NCBI GenBank assembly: GCA_963745035.1
Contig: CAVUVW010000027.1
Location: forward strand, 64,001 to 128,000
Reading direction: 5' to 3'
DNA from: an uncultured delta proteobacterium
GTDB lineage: Bacteria > Desulfobacterota > Binatia > UBA9968
DNA: 64,000 nt
Below the pieces are notes generated by a model, which saw only the letters and a program-made list of their open reading frames with translations, had not been told where the DNA came from and made no database searches. Positions 34,462 to 44,591 of the stretch are shown here, piece after piece (position 1 is the first letter of the stretch; each line of letters starts with the position of its first letter). Both the position numbers and the translations under genes were made by a program.

Positions 34462-34734
34462 TTACTTCACATGCCTGCTAACCAGCTTGGTCATCTCAAA
34501 CATGGTGACGGTCTTCTTGCCGCCGAATACGGCCTTGAGCTTGTCGTCGGCGTTAATGTTGGTTCTCTTTTTCTTGTCCTGGAGCCCGTTCTTTTTGATG
34601 TAGGCCCAGAGCTTCTTGGTGACCTCGGTGCGCGGAATCGCCTTATTGCCGACCACCGCGCTCAACATGGCATCCGGCTGCACGGGTTTCATGAACGCCG
34701 CGTTCGGTTTCCTCTTCTTTTTTGTTGCTGCCAT
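34462..34734 (-). CDS. Stand-alone SWIB/MDM2 domain protein
   Basis: PRTEVTKKLWAYIKKNGLQD...INADDKL...MFEMTKL. Confidence 0.92.
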   Translation of the reverse strand: MAATKKKRKPNAAFMKPVQPDAMLSAVVGNKAIPRTEVTKKLWAYIKKNGLQDKKKRTNINADDKLKAVFGGKKTVTMFEMTKLVSRHVK

Positions 34735-34811
34735 TCGTTTCCCTCCTTCAGGGGTGAAAAATTTTTCTACCTGTATAGCAGAGGCGGTGTTTCAATGCCA
34801 ACCTTTTTTTC

Positions 34812-36539
34812 TTACTTCCCCCGGAGAGAGCGGGTATTTTCCTCGTCGAGCACCGGCTCGCCGTCGGCGAAGCTGAGCGCCACGCCATAGTCGCTGCGCG
34901 CCCGCTCTGCCGAGACGTAGCCCTGGCGCACGTCCTCGACCACCTCGCCCGTGGGGCGGCTCAGCGGATCGCCGAGCCCGCCGCCGCCGGGGCGCTCCAC
35001 CCGGACGACGTCATTGGCCGTGAGCGGCTGGTCGCCGAAGCGCGAGGGCAGGCGCTTGGCCTCGCCGCCTTCGCGGTTGACGATGCAGGCGCCCTTACCG
35101 CCGGCAAGCCCACGGTCGATGCCGAATGGGGCGATCGCATGCTTGTCGGTGCGCATGGAAAAGCGCACGTCGTCGGTAAGGATGCGATAATCCCGCGCGA
35201 AGCCCAAACCGCCGCGCCATCGACCGGGGCCGCCTGAGTCGGCAATCATCTCGAAGCGCTCGACGCGGGCGGGAAACTCCGACTCGATGATCTCGATAGG
35301 CGCGGTTTTGCAGTTGCTTAGGTGAAACGCAGTGGCAGAGACGCCGTCTTTGCCTGCGCGGGCACCGGTGCCGCCGCTGAAAATCTCGTAATGCACAAAG
35401 GCGCGGTTGCTCTGCGGGTCACGGCCGCCGAGCACCAGAGCCGCGCTTCCTGACCCGCCGGCGATCCGCCTGTCAGGCACCAGCGGAGCGAACGCCTTAA
35501 GCACCGCTTCCGCCGCGGTGAGCGCAGTGGGCATGTAAGTATTTACCGCCGCCGGGAAGCGCGGATCGACCACGCTACCCGGACGAAACGTCGCATCGAT
35601 CACGCGCGCCAGCCCTTGGTTAATCGGCAGAAAACGGTCGACCAACGCGACCACGCAATAAACGCAGGCGGCGCGCACCAGCGGCGGGCGGATATTGGCC
35701 GGCCCCTGAGTTTGATCGCTGCTGCCGCTGAAGTCGAATTGCAGCTTGTCACCGCGCTTTACGACTTTGACGTGGATGCGAATAGGCCGTTGGAGATCGA
35801 TGCCGTCGTGGTCGACGAAGCTTTCGCCCTCGGATTCGCCGTCGGGCCAAGAGGCGATGGTTTGGCGCACGCGATTTTCCGTGTAGTCCGAAAGTAGCTC
35901 GGTGCATTCGACGACCGTCGCCTTGCCGTAGCGCTCCATCAGCTCGTCAATGCGCCGCTCGCCCAGTCGCGCCGCGCCGACTTGGCCGCGCAGGTCGCCG
36001 ATGACCACCGCAGCGGTCCTGCTGTTTGCGGCGATAATCGCCTCGATCTCTTTCACGGGCTGGCGGCGCGCCATGTATTTTACCGGGGGCAGGTGCAGTC
36101 CTTCCTGGTAAATTTCCCGGGCAGTGCCCGAACCGCTGCCGGGCACCGTGCCGCCGATGTCGCTCTTGTGCGCCATGTTGGCGGCAAAGCCGACCCATTC
36201 GCCGCGATGATAGATCGGTGTGAGCACGCCCATGTCCGGCGCGTGCGGGCTGCCGCCGAGATAAGGATGATTGATGATGAAGGCGTCGCCGTCGTCGATT
36301 TCCTCCGGCGGGAAGTTTTTTAATATTGCCGCGGCGCATGCGGGAAACGCGCCCATGTGGAGCGGCAGCACGACGTGCTGCGCGACCACTTCGCCCCGAG
36401 TGTTCAAGATCGCGCAGCTCGCGTCCTGCGACTCGCGGATAATGGTCGAGTAGCCGGTGCGAAACAGCGAGTTCTGCATCTCCTGGACGATGCCCGCCAG
36501 GCGCGCTTGAAGAACTTGGAGAGTGATGGGATCGGTCAT
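34812..36539 (-). CDS. Hydantoinase B/oxoprolinase family subunit (paralogue 2)
   Basis: DPITLQV...RTGYSTIIRESQD, NHPYLGGSPH, HKSDIGG and PGGGGLGDP motifs. Confidence 0.92.
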   Translation of the reverse strand: MTDPITLQVLQARLAGIVQEMQNSLFRTGYSTIIRESQDASCAILNTRGEVVAQHVVLPLHMGAFPACAAAILKNFPPEEIDDGDAFIINHPYLGGSPHAPDMGVLTPIYHRGEWVGFAANMAHKSDIGGTVPGSGSGTAREIYQEGLHLPPVKYMARRQPVKEIEAIIAANSRTAAVVIGDLRGQVGAARLGERRIDELMERYGKATVVECTELLSDYTENRVRQTIASWPDGESEGESFVDHDGIDLQRPIRIHVKVVKRGDKLQFDFSGSSDQTQGPANIRPPLVRAACVYCVVALVDRFLPINQGLARVIDATFRPGSVVDPRFPAAVNTYMPTALTAAEAVLKAFAPLVPDRRIAGGSGSAALVLGGRDPQSNRAFVHYEIFSGGTGARAGKDGVSATAFHLSNCKTAPIEIIESEFPARVERFEMIADSGGPGRWRGGLGFARDYRILTDDVRFSMRTDKHAIAPFGIDRGLAGGKGACIVNREGGEAKRLPSRFGDQPLTANDVVRVERPGGGGLGDPLSRPTGEVVEDVRQGYVSAERARSDYGVALSFADGEPVLDEENTRSLRGK

Positions 36540-36543
36540 GGGA

Positions 36544-36593
36544 AGGCATAGGCAATAGGCATCAGGCAACAGGCAACAGGCAACAGGCAACAG
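36544..36593 (+). repeat. 7-nt tandem repeat (AGGCAAC-type, about 7 units)
   Basis: Read directly; the same unit occurs at 22563-22600 and 44514-44591. Confidence 0.85.
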
Positions 36594-36733
36594 TAGGTAG
36601 GAACGGCGACATGAGGTTGTGTTTGTCTGTTGGCTAGTGCTAACGCCTGCGCGCGCAGCTCGCACGTTTGGATTTCATTCAGTACTGATAGCGCGGACTG
36701 CACGTAAAAAAACTTCTCGAGATACCTGGTCAG

Positions 36734-37873
36734 CTACCGCTTCTCCGCAGACTTCAGCGCTTCGTTCATAACCTTCAGGATCGGCTTCATGTCCAGCCAT
36801 TCGGGATTGCTCGCGTCGAGATACCTGACGCCTTCCACGCGTCGAACGAGCATCGGCACGTCGTCCTTTGGTATATCGATGCGCAACGAATCGGCCGGAC
36901 TCTCCCCATTGGCTAAGCGCTTTTGCAGGGTGATCTGACCGCGGCGTGACAGCAGCCAGTTGATAAAGACTTTTGCTGCGTTGGGATGAGGCGCCTTGTT
37001 CACCAGCGTCACGGAGCCAAATTGCTGCACCATGGCACCGCCTTCTTTGAAAACCTTCGGCCCGATGGTGGCCAGCGGCAGTCCCTGATCTTTCAAGATA
37101 TCCACGTCACAAGAAAAACAGAGGGAGTACTTCCCCACCGCGAGCCAGTCTGGACCTTGGCGATAGTCGCGGAACAACGTCACGTCCATATCGCCGAACA
37201 GCTTACGAATAAACGGCGCCCCGAGTTCCGGATGATGAAAGAAGAACCTGGCACTGCCCGAACCCGGTCCGGCGGTGCGAATGTCGCGTGCGAGGATTTT
37301 CCCCTTCCATTTAGGATCGAGCAGATCCCAGTAGGATTTGAACTGCTTTGGGTCGACGAGCGTGGTGTTATAGGAAATCCCGCCGTAAGATGCCGAACCG
37401 ACATAGTTGAAGACATACTGCTCCTCCGGATCGGAGTAGTGATGCTTTTGCTGATACCATTTAGTTTGGTCGGTGACCTCGGGCAAGATCAGCGCCGGCT
37501 TGATCGGATCGATCATCTTTCCTTGATATAGTAGTTGATAAAGGGATCCTCCGCCTGCACTATAGACATCGGCCAGATATTTTTCGGCGCGTCGCTCTGC
37601 GGCGAAGCGTTGCGCGAGATCGGAGCCCCGGGCGGCGACCGCTATCAGCTTGATATCCGGATAATCTTTTTCGAAATCCGACAGTACCGCTTCATAGCCG
37701 GCCATGTAGACCGTTACCTGCCCCTCTTTTTTGGCAGCTTCCAGCGTCTTTTCCCATTGTTGTTCCCAGGTCGGTTTCGCCTGCGCGGCGACTGCGCCAT
37801 CGTTCACCCAGAAAAGAAGAAAACCCATCGCCAAAACGGTCTTTTGAAATATCTGAGACAAGCTTTTCATCAT
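36734..37873 (-). CDS. ABC-type extracellular solute-binding protein
   Basis: Signal peptide; AAKKEG, SYWDLLDPKWKG and APHPNAAKVFINWLLS motifs. Confidence 0.85.
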   Translation of the reverse strand: MMKSLSQIFQKTVLAMGFLLFWVNDGAVAAQAKPTWEQQWEKTLEAAKKEGQVTVYMAGYEAVLSDFEKDYPDIKLIAVAARGSDLAQRFAAERRAEKYLADVYSAGGGSLYQLLYQGKMIDPIKPALILPEVTDQTKWYQQKHHYSDPEEQYVFNYVGSASYGGISYNTTLVDPKQFKSYWDLLDPKWKGKILARDIRTAGPGSGSARFFFHHPELGAPFIRKLFGDMDVTLFRDYRQGPDWLAVGKYSLCFSCDVDILKDQGLPLATIGPKVFKEGGAMVQQFGSVTLVNKAPHPNAAKVFINWLLSRRGQITLQKRLANGESPADSLRIDIPKDDVPMLVRRVEGVRYLDASNPEWLDMKPILKVMNEALKSAEKR

Positions 37874-37978
37874 GATCTTTGACCTCCGTTCCCTACGCTG
37901 CCTTCTTTACTCACGGTCCGTGAACGTGGGTGTACGAAGTCTAATTTCCCGCCTAAGGAACCTCGATCAGTCACCGCC

Positions 37979-38949
37979 CTATGTATCCAGCGTGCTCGCG
38001 GCAAACATCCGCTCGTAAGTGCAGGTAGCCTTCACAATTCCGTGCTCGTGGCAGTACGACGCGAACGTGTCAATGGCAGTCTTGTTGGCCGTGATGCCAT
38101 GCGGGTATAGGTCGGTCCATTTCCGGCTTTGCTCCAGTACCCGTTCTCGGAGGTCGACCACCGAAAACCCGGCTCGGTCACTGAGGATGTCTTCGTCCGC
38201 GAGTCGCTTCGCCGCTTCGAAGGCCGCATACAGCTTCCGGCGAGGTCGGGATGCTGTCGGTCAAGCTTCTTGCTCATGACAATCATGTGCACGGGTGGAT
38301 AGATGCCTGTCTCCTGGTAAAGCCGCTTGGCATCCAGGAGGTAGTCGGGGAACAGACGCTTGATCTTCGGGTTATTCTCGAGAATTTGGAAAAGCCGGCG
38401 ATCTGAGACATCCACCGCAGTGGCATCAACGTCCCCCTCTAGCAACGCCTCGGCTACATCCTTGGGCCGCTCAAGTCGCTCGAGCTTCCACCGAGGATTG
38501 TGCAGTGGCCATTGTTCTCTGGGTGATACCCAGGTGATGCTCTCTACATCGACTCCATGGCGGTGCTGGAGGAGCCCCTTGAGCCAAATCGCGACAGCGC
38601 TGCCGCTGATCGTGCTTAGGACGCGTTTGCCTTCCAGGTCTTTGCAAGTATTGATGCCTGCGCCCGCGCGGCAAAACAGGTAGGTATAGATGTGCTTTCG
38701 CTTGGAGAAGACCGGCAACCCCACCAGCCCCCAGTCACTCTCGATCGCAGGCAGCCAGTTCGCCATGTTCAGGTCCACGAGGCCGAAATCCCCTGTTCTC
38801 AAGAGGCTGTCTGGACCGAAGACGGTACCGGCAGGCGCAGAGCGATTGGGAACGAGCTTTACGCCTTCGATGCGCACCCGCCCCTCGATAAGAGGCAGGG
38901 TGAGGTCGTAGCGCATCCACGGGATCTGGATTTCGAGTTCTTCGGCCAT
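37979..38949 (-). CDS. 4,5-dihydroxyphthalate decarboxylase-like protein (periplasmic-binding fold; frameshift near 38235)
   Basis: YDLTLPLIEGRV.IEG, LPVF, RLFPDY...YQETGIYPPVH; C-terminal DLYPHGITANK in a second frame. Confidence 0.7.
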
Positions 38950-39018
38950 TGGCTTCCCTCAATCACTAAGAGGATCATTCTCATCTCTTGCACTGAGAGG
39001 GATTCTTCGTCTTCATTG

Positions 39019-39968
39019 CTACGTGCCGAGGTCCCAATAAGCGACCGCCATACCCATAATGGCGGAGTAAAAGGATTCGTATATCAGGAACTCTGGTTTT
39101 CGATTACCCATCGCGCCCAGCGCACTGATCCAACTTCGAAGCTCTATCTCACCGTTGCCAATGATCTGGTCGTTGGTCAGCTCTGCAAGTGTGTGTCCCT
39201 CGCCAGCTCTCATCGTTCCATAAGCCAGCGATCAAAATCCTCGCTGATCGACCCGTGGGTATACGATCCTTGGTAGTTCCGCCATGGATAACCGGCTGTG
39301 AAGTGTGACATTCCTCCGCTCGCATAAATGGCAACTGGTCCGATGCCGGCGTAGCTTTCGATTGCGCGCCGGATAGTTTGCCCATAGAAGTAACAGCGCC
39401 GCGGTGAAGGTGCTGGCACATGAATGGCATTCACGAAGATGGGAACCACCGGAATCCGGGCCTCTGGGTCGACTGTTCGGAGGATAGGTCCAAAGGCATG
39501 GGCCTTTAGCAGGTCGTTAGGCAGCGAGCGCACCGAAGCTATGTCGATTCCTGCGTCGACACACTGCGAAAGTATTGCTTCAGCTAGCGCCGGATTAGAA
39601 GGATAGCGGAGCGGCTCCGCACCGGCGTGCGAGGAATTAACAAGAAATCCCTCCCCTACATAAAGGGCGATCTGCGGCAGATTGGCTTCTGTGAAATTTT
39701 CGTTCTGATCGTCGCCTATGATAATGAGCGCATCTGGCGCTACCTGTTCGAGCTTATGTCTCAAACTCTCCAGGCCATCACGGATATGCGTATAGCGACA
39801 CTGGAGATCCTCGATCGTTTCCAGCGCAACCTCAGGCTGCTCTGGCGGAATACTTCCGTAGCGAGAAGCATAGCGCTGGCGGTTGCGCGTGCGGTGATCA
39901 CCCCAGCTCGAGGGATCCACCAGCGTCGCAGCGTGAGATGATGCCATTCCGGCGATCAGCTTTCCCAT
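39019..39968 (-). CDS. LigB-type extradiol ring-cleavage dioxygenase (frameshift near 39210)
   Basis: SSHA, IIGDDQNENF, HAF and SGGMSHF motifs; GNGEIELRSWI in a second frame. Confidence 0.8.
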
Positions 39969-40411
39969 AAGCAAAACCTCCTTGTGAGTGATAGTTCCTC
40001 CAGCTTCGGGGCGTCGATCAGACCGGGCTACCTCCGCTAGCAGTGATCATTCTAACCCTCCGTTCCTCTACAGTGATTGGCCGGTGGAACCCTTGCCCTT
40101 CGTTTTTCACTCGCAGAGCCAGAGCCGCAACAGTGCATGGATCACGTGACTGAGTTAGTGGCGCCGATTAGGGCATTCCTCCACGGGCAGATCGTTAACC
40201 GCACGGTTGGCTTGAAAAACCTCGGACACACTCCATTCATCACGAATGACATAATACTCAGTCAAGAGTTCGACCCGTGTTCTCGGCCACATGGACTTGC
40301 GGCTGCAGTGAAGAGCCCGCAACTACACCGACACACGCCGGCAATGGGCCAGGCTGTTGGACATTCGCCAGGATCATTTCCGAGGGCTCAAATCGGAGAC
40401 AAGGTGAAGCC

Positions 40412-41751
40412 TCAGGCTGCGATCACCTTTCCAGACACCGGATTAAGCTCCTTGATGAAGTGCCTCCAGTTTTCGCCGAGCCGCATGTCAAACGACCCTC
40501 CGAGATTCCGCGGATACTTGTTATCCTCGGGTTTGAAGGCCACTCCTGGCGGGTCAAGACCTTCCTGCACCTCTCGGGCTGACTTGAGTAACATGCGGTG
40601 CGCGGCAATAATGAGGCCGTCGGTGACGGTGTAGTGATTCTTTGTCCGATCAACGATGTTTCCCCAGCGAGTACGAGGCCCCATGTTCTCGGTTATCATA
40701 GCGTCTTGGGTGTGGTTGCGAGCGTCTATGCCACAGTAGGTTTCGAAGGTCTTCTGTTTGTCGCGGTCGATGAGGTAGTGATTTTCCCGATTCATTTTCT
40801 TTTGCCACCCAGGATGCCAGATCGTGGCCATGACTCGTTTCGATAATTCAACGTGTAGCAGTCACAGATGGGATAGTCCAGACTGAGTATCAGATCATAG
40901 CGGTAGCAGGTGTAGTAGTCGGCGGGCACTTGATAGATGATGTGTCGGCCTCCGCGCAACATCGCGTTGCACGGCATGTAGAAAGTGTCTGCTATGACAT
41001 GCACGTACTCGCGGTCGTCAGTAGGAAAAAAATGGGCTCCTGCACGCCGTAGGGGAGTATTCGGTTTCCACCTTTGTGTTATGGCGGGCTATCCGCCTTT
41101 CGCTTTTTCCTCAGTGTATATCTGCGCGAGTACCAGTCGGCAGCGCAGGACCTTCGCTCATATACATCTGCTGATTATTAAGCCCGCGAGTATGAAGGTA
41201 GTGAGTGTGAATGCGGTCGATGTCACCTTCAAGGGACTGGAGCCAATTACACTCCAAGAAGAATTTACACCTACGCACACCTGCTCAGCGGGCAACGTGA
41301 GCCAATGGACGGCTGGTAGTAGGGGTTTTTTTTGAGACGGGCTCATATACGTATAGATGAGGCGGTTGACCTCGATGCATGGGTAGGCCGTATGCCGCAT
41401 GCCAAGGCAGAACTGGCTCCCAGGCGGTTCACCGGGGGTTTCAATTACGTTGCCGTTCACGTCATACTTCCAGCAGTGGTAGACGCACCGCAACCCGGAC
41501 TCCTCATTGCGTCCATAGAACAGGGGTGCCTGCCGATGCGCGCAGTACGCGCCTAGGAGGCCGACCTGCCCTTGGGAGTCCCGAAAGCCGACCAGGTCTT
41601 CGCCGAGAAGTCTGGTCTGCACAGGGGGACAATCAGGGCCTGGGAGTTCCTCCGAGAGGAATGCAGGGATCCAATACCGACGCATCAATTCTCCCATCGG
41701 CGTGCCCGGACCAACGCGGGTCAGAATTTCATTTTCCTCGTGCGTAATCAT
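40412..41751 (-). pseudogene. Phthalate 4,5-dioxygenase/LigX-like Rieske oxygenase alpha subunit with several frameshifts
   Basis: ENEILTRVGPGTPMGELMRRYW, CAHR...CVYH Rieske motif; ECNWLQSLEGDID..H..YLH and QDAMITENMG occur in other frames. Confidence 0.75.
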
Positions 41752-41789
41752 TAGCTCCTCCTCTTTGACCGATCTGACGCATCGTTAGT

Positions 41790-42763
41790 TTAAAGATAAC
41801 CAGACTCGCGATAATAAGCCTCAGCGCCCGGATGCAATGGAATCAAGCAATCGCGGCACATCGCTTCCGGCCGAATCTCTGCCAGGGAGGCGAATTTCTC
41901 GCCGCCATATTTCTTTTCGATAGTCGGGCCGTCTCGACAGCCGCCTGGGTGACTTTGTAGGCGATCTCGTCGGGCAGCTCGGTGCTACCGAAGAGCAACC
42001 AGCCACTAAAGCCTACCGTACGAATGTCGCTGGCCAAGCTTGGAAATCGTTCGGTCCCGATGACAAATTTGCCCAAGCCGAGCTCTTGGTCGAGACGATG
42101 GATGATACCCTCGTCGATAGACAGAAAATCGACATCGGTCTTTGCGATCAGTTGGTCCCAATCCGGCATCATTTGAGCTTCATTGAACACTGCCTCGACT
42201 TGACCCGAAATCATGAGCGGAATGCCTTGCGTGGTCTTGCCGGCGAAGGTCACCTGGCCGCCCCAATCCTGGAGCATCTCCAAGCTACCGCCATACTGCT
42301 TTAGCACTTCATCGACGACGAACGAAACCATATCCAACTGGTTGTTACTCTTTCGTCCCGTGGCGAGACGCAAAGGGTAGCGACGTTCGACAAGCTCATC
42401 TAGAGAGGATATTCCCGAGGCTTTGGATAACGCGAACAGCACGCAATCACGGTGCGGATAGTTGGCGATCGCTCTGAGATTAGGGTGCGGCGCCTTAAAC
42501 GGCCCCGTGCCTTTCATGGCCAGCCACGCCGAGGCGGTGGGCGTGGTAATTCCCAAGTCAAATTCTCCGTTGGCGACGACTATGGGGTTACGCAAAGCGC
42601 CCAAGCCGAATCGCGGCGTGAACACACCCACCGAGTAGCCACGTAGCGGACCACTGCCGTAACTACTAAGAACGCGCGCGATTTCGGCCCCAATGACCCA
42701 CCAAGGATGATTCGCCTGTTGGGTAACGATCGTAACCGTTTTGGCAGTGTCAGGTCGACTCAT
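41790..42763 (-). CDS. TAXI-family TRAP solute-binding protein with no obvious signal peptide (frameshift near 41925)
   Basis: NLRAIANYP and LPDEIAYKVT; shifted C-terminus IPLHPGAEAYYRESGYL* carries the TAXI signature. Confidence 0.75.
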
Positions 42764-44508
42764 ACTTCCTTGCCTGTTGCCTGCGCGCGCAGCTCGCGCG
42801 TCTGCCCCTCATTCAGCACAAAATCGCCGTCGACCGGTTCAATGGATACACGGTAGATTTCACGCGCGCGCCTGGGGGTGACGTAGCCGTTGCGCACGTC
42901 GTTCAGCACCTTTTGCGGATCGCGTTCGAGCGGATTACCTATGCCACCGCCGCCGGGTGTTTCCAGGCTGAAGACTTCGCCGGGATGGAGCACGTGATCG
43001 GAGTAGCGCGATGGGATAACTCGTTCCTCGGGCTTGCCGGGATTGAGCGTGCACAAGCCGGTTTTGCCGTCCAGGCCGCCGTCGATGCCCTTGGGCGCCA
43101 CGGTGTGCTTGGTCGAGCGCAGTGAGAAACGCGCGTCGTTGTCGAGTACTTCATACTCGCGCACGAAGCCCAAGCCGCCGCGAAACTGGCCGGGTCCGCC
43201 GGAGTCGGCGATCAATTCGAAGCGCCTCACCCGGGTGGCAAACTCCGCCTCGATGATTTCGATGGGCGCAATCTTGGCGTTGGACTGGTTGACGTTGGTG
43301 CCGGAGACGCCGTCTTTGCCGCTGCGGCCGCCGGAGCCGCCGCCGAAGATTTCATACTGCACATAGCCTTTGCCGGTTTTGTTGCTGCGCCCGCCGATGA
43401 TGATCGAGCGGCTGCTGCAGCCGTCGCCGACCTTTTTGTTCGGCGTGATCTGGCTCGATGCTTCGAGCAGCGATTCCACCAGCGCGTGCACCGTCGGGTT
43501 GTAGGTGTTGACCGGCGCCGGGAAGCGCGGATTGACGACGCTGCCTTCGCGCACTTTGATCTCGATGCACTTGGCGAGCCCGTAGTTGATGGCGAGAGCC
43601 GGGTCGACCAGGCAGGTGAGCAGATAGCAGCACGCCGCGCGCACGATGGTCGGGCGAATATTCGCCGGTCCTTTGGTTTGATCCGCCGACCCGGTGAGAT
43701 CGAAGAGCAGGCGATCGCCCTTCTTTTCGATGCGCACGTGCAGGCGCACCGGCTTGTCGAGATCCACGCCGTCGCTGTCGACGAAGCGCTCGCCTTCGCC
43801 TACGGCGTCGGGCCAGGAGGCGATCTCAGTGCGCACCTTGGCTTCGGTCAAGGCGAACAATTCCTCGAACGAGTCGAGAATCGTTTCCTTGCCGTAGCGC
43901 TCCATCATTTCCTGGAAGCGCCTTTCGCCCAAGCGCGCGGCGCCGACCTGGCCGCGCAGATCGCCGACCACCAATTCCGGCGTGCGGCTGTTGCAGCCGA
44001 GCAGCGCTTCGATGTCCTTGCTGGTCTTGTAGGCTTGCACGTATTTGATCGGCGGCACGTGCAGGCCCTCCTGATAGATTTCACGCGCCTGGCTCCAGCA
44101 ACTCCCCGGCACCGGACCGCCGATATCGCTCTTGTGCGCCAAGTTGGCCGCGAAGCCGACCCATTCGCCATGATAAAAAATCGGCGAGAGCACAGCCATG
44201 TCCGGCGCGTGCGGGCTGCCGCCCAGATAGGGATGATTGGTGATGAAGGCGTCGCCTTCGTGCACCTCATCGGCGCTGTAGCTTTTTAGAATCCCCGCGG
44301 CGCAAGCGGGAAAGGCGCCCATGTGCAGCGGCAGCACGACATGCTGCGCGACGACTTCGCCCTGGCGATTCAAGATCGCGCAGCTCGCGTCCTGCGACTC
44401 GCGGATAATCGTCGAGTAGCCGGTGCGGAAGAGCGAGTTCTGCATCTCCTGGACGATGCCGGCCAGGCGCGCCTGGATGACTTGCAACGTTACTGGATCA
44501 ACCTTCAT
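42760..44508 (-). CDS. Hydantoinase B/oxoprolinase family subunit (paralogue 1)
   Basis: Same motifs as 34812-36539; directly downstream of hydantoinase A. Confidence 0.92.
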   Translation of the reverse strand: MKVDPVTLQVIQARLAGIVQEMQNSLFRTGYSTIIRESQDASCAILNRQGEVVAQHVVLPLHMGAFPACAAGILKSYSADEVHEGDAFITNHPYLGGSPHAPDMAVLSPIFYHGEWVGFAANLAHKSDIGGPVPGSCWSQAREIYQEGLHVPPIKYVQAYKTSKDIEALLGCNSRTPELVVGDLRGQVGAARLGERRFQEMMERYGKETILDSFEELFALTEAKVRTEIASWPDAVGEGERFVDSDGVDLDKPVRLHVRIEKKGDRLLFDLTGSADQTKGPANIRPTIVRAACCYLLTCLVDPALAINYGLAKCIEIKVREGSVVNPRFPAPVNTYNPTVHALVESLLEASSQITPNKKVGDGCSSRSIIIGGRSNKTGKGYVQYEIFGGGSGGRSGKDGVSGTNVNQSNAKIAPIEIIEAEFATRVRRFELIADSGGPGQFRGGLGFVREYEVLDNDARFSLRSTKHTVAPKGIDGGLDGKTGLCTLNPGKPEERVIPSRYSDHVLHPGEVFSLETPGGGGIGNPLERDPQKVLNDVRNGYVTPRRAREIYRVSIEPVDGDFVLNEGQTRELRAQATGKEV

Positions 44509-44513
44509 AAGAT

Positions 44514-44591
44514 AGGCAACAGGCAATAGGCAACAGACAACAGTTTCGGATCGGAATTTTGCTTCTTGCTGTTGCCTGCTGCCTGTTGCCT
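44514..44591. repeat. Inverted pair of 7-nt AGGCAAC arrays forming a hairpin between hydantoinase A and B genes
   Basis: AGGCAAC AGGCAAT AGGCAAC AGACAAC, later GTTGCCT GCTGCCT GTTGCCT. Confidence 0.8.

Noticed and set aside
36540-36665. Cys-rich N-terminal extensions such as LLPVACCLLPDAYCLCLP on hydantoinase B and MPVAYL at 44526
   Set aside because: These are translations of the heptamer repeat; the homologous starts are at 36539 and 44508
39975-40410. 440-bp gap inside the aromatic cassette as a hidden gene or RNA
   Set aside because: No convincing ORF, motif or stable structure recognised by eye
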